This document shows positions 63,951 through 64,000 of a stretch of DNA of 64,000 nucleotides, in pieces. Source of the DNA: an uncultured Micrococcales bacterium (lineage in GTDB: Bacteria; Actinomycetota; Actinomycetes; Actinomycetales; Microbacteriaceae); the NCBI GenBank assembly GCA_903832875.1, contig CAILDA010000008.1, positions 4,012 through 68,011 on the forward strand, in the 5' to 3' direction. The notes beneath the pieces were generated by a model that saw only the letters and a program-made list of their open reading frames with translations, was not told the origin of the DNA and did not search any database. The translations under genes were made by a program, and so were the position numbers. Each line of letters starts with the position of its first letter. Positions within the stretch are counted from its first letter, which is position 1.

Positions 63951-64000
63951 TTAGTGATGATGCCTCAACTGAAACTTAAATAGAACTGCCCGCCCTCCTG
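63951..64000 (-). CDS. Possible 3' end of an upstream ORF (...GGRAVLFKFQLRHHH*)
   Basis: Open frame ending in TAA at 63951-63953, directly before the FtsK-domain ATG. Only 16 codons are visible. Confidence 0.3.
   Translation of the reverse strand, partial: GGRAVLFKFQLRHHH

Overview
Gene-dense core-chromosome segment (GC roughly mid-40s % by eye) of a streamlined actinobacterium. It is most consistent with a freshwater Microbacteriaceae (Luna-1-like, Aquiluna/Rhodoluna type); this is inferred from gene content and order (priA, DUF1844/SseB next to infC, clgR-DUF3046-recA, thyX-dapA-rnj-ftsK, Pro/Gly-rich IF2), not from a database search. Most genes are on the minus strand: a shortened arg operon (argC-argB-argF-argG), pheST, infC-rpmI-rplT, hisCBH-priA, lexA with a divergent LysM gene, hflX, dapF, miaAB, recA-recX, clgR, cinA, pgsA, ftsK, rnj, dapA, thyX, dapB, M16 peptidase, pnp, rpsO, ribF, a pst module, truB, rbfA, infB, ylxR, nusA, proS, ispG, rseP, dxr, a polyamine uptake/transamination/alanine dehydrogenase module and an EccC-like FtsK-domain gene. 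I saw no tRNA, rRNA, CRISPR array or mobile element. The best candidate for something undescribed is the pst module. Its motif-intact PstS is basic and has no lipobox, and it is followed by a strongly acidic, lipid-anchored PstS paralog that has lost the phosphate-binding residues, possibly a membrane tether or partner. Also notable: clean absence of argJ/argD/argR from the arg operon, many apparently leaderless genes, PafBC-type promoter motifs before clgR and rseP, and a solitary, shortened EccC-like ATPase.
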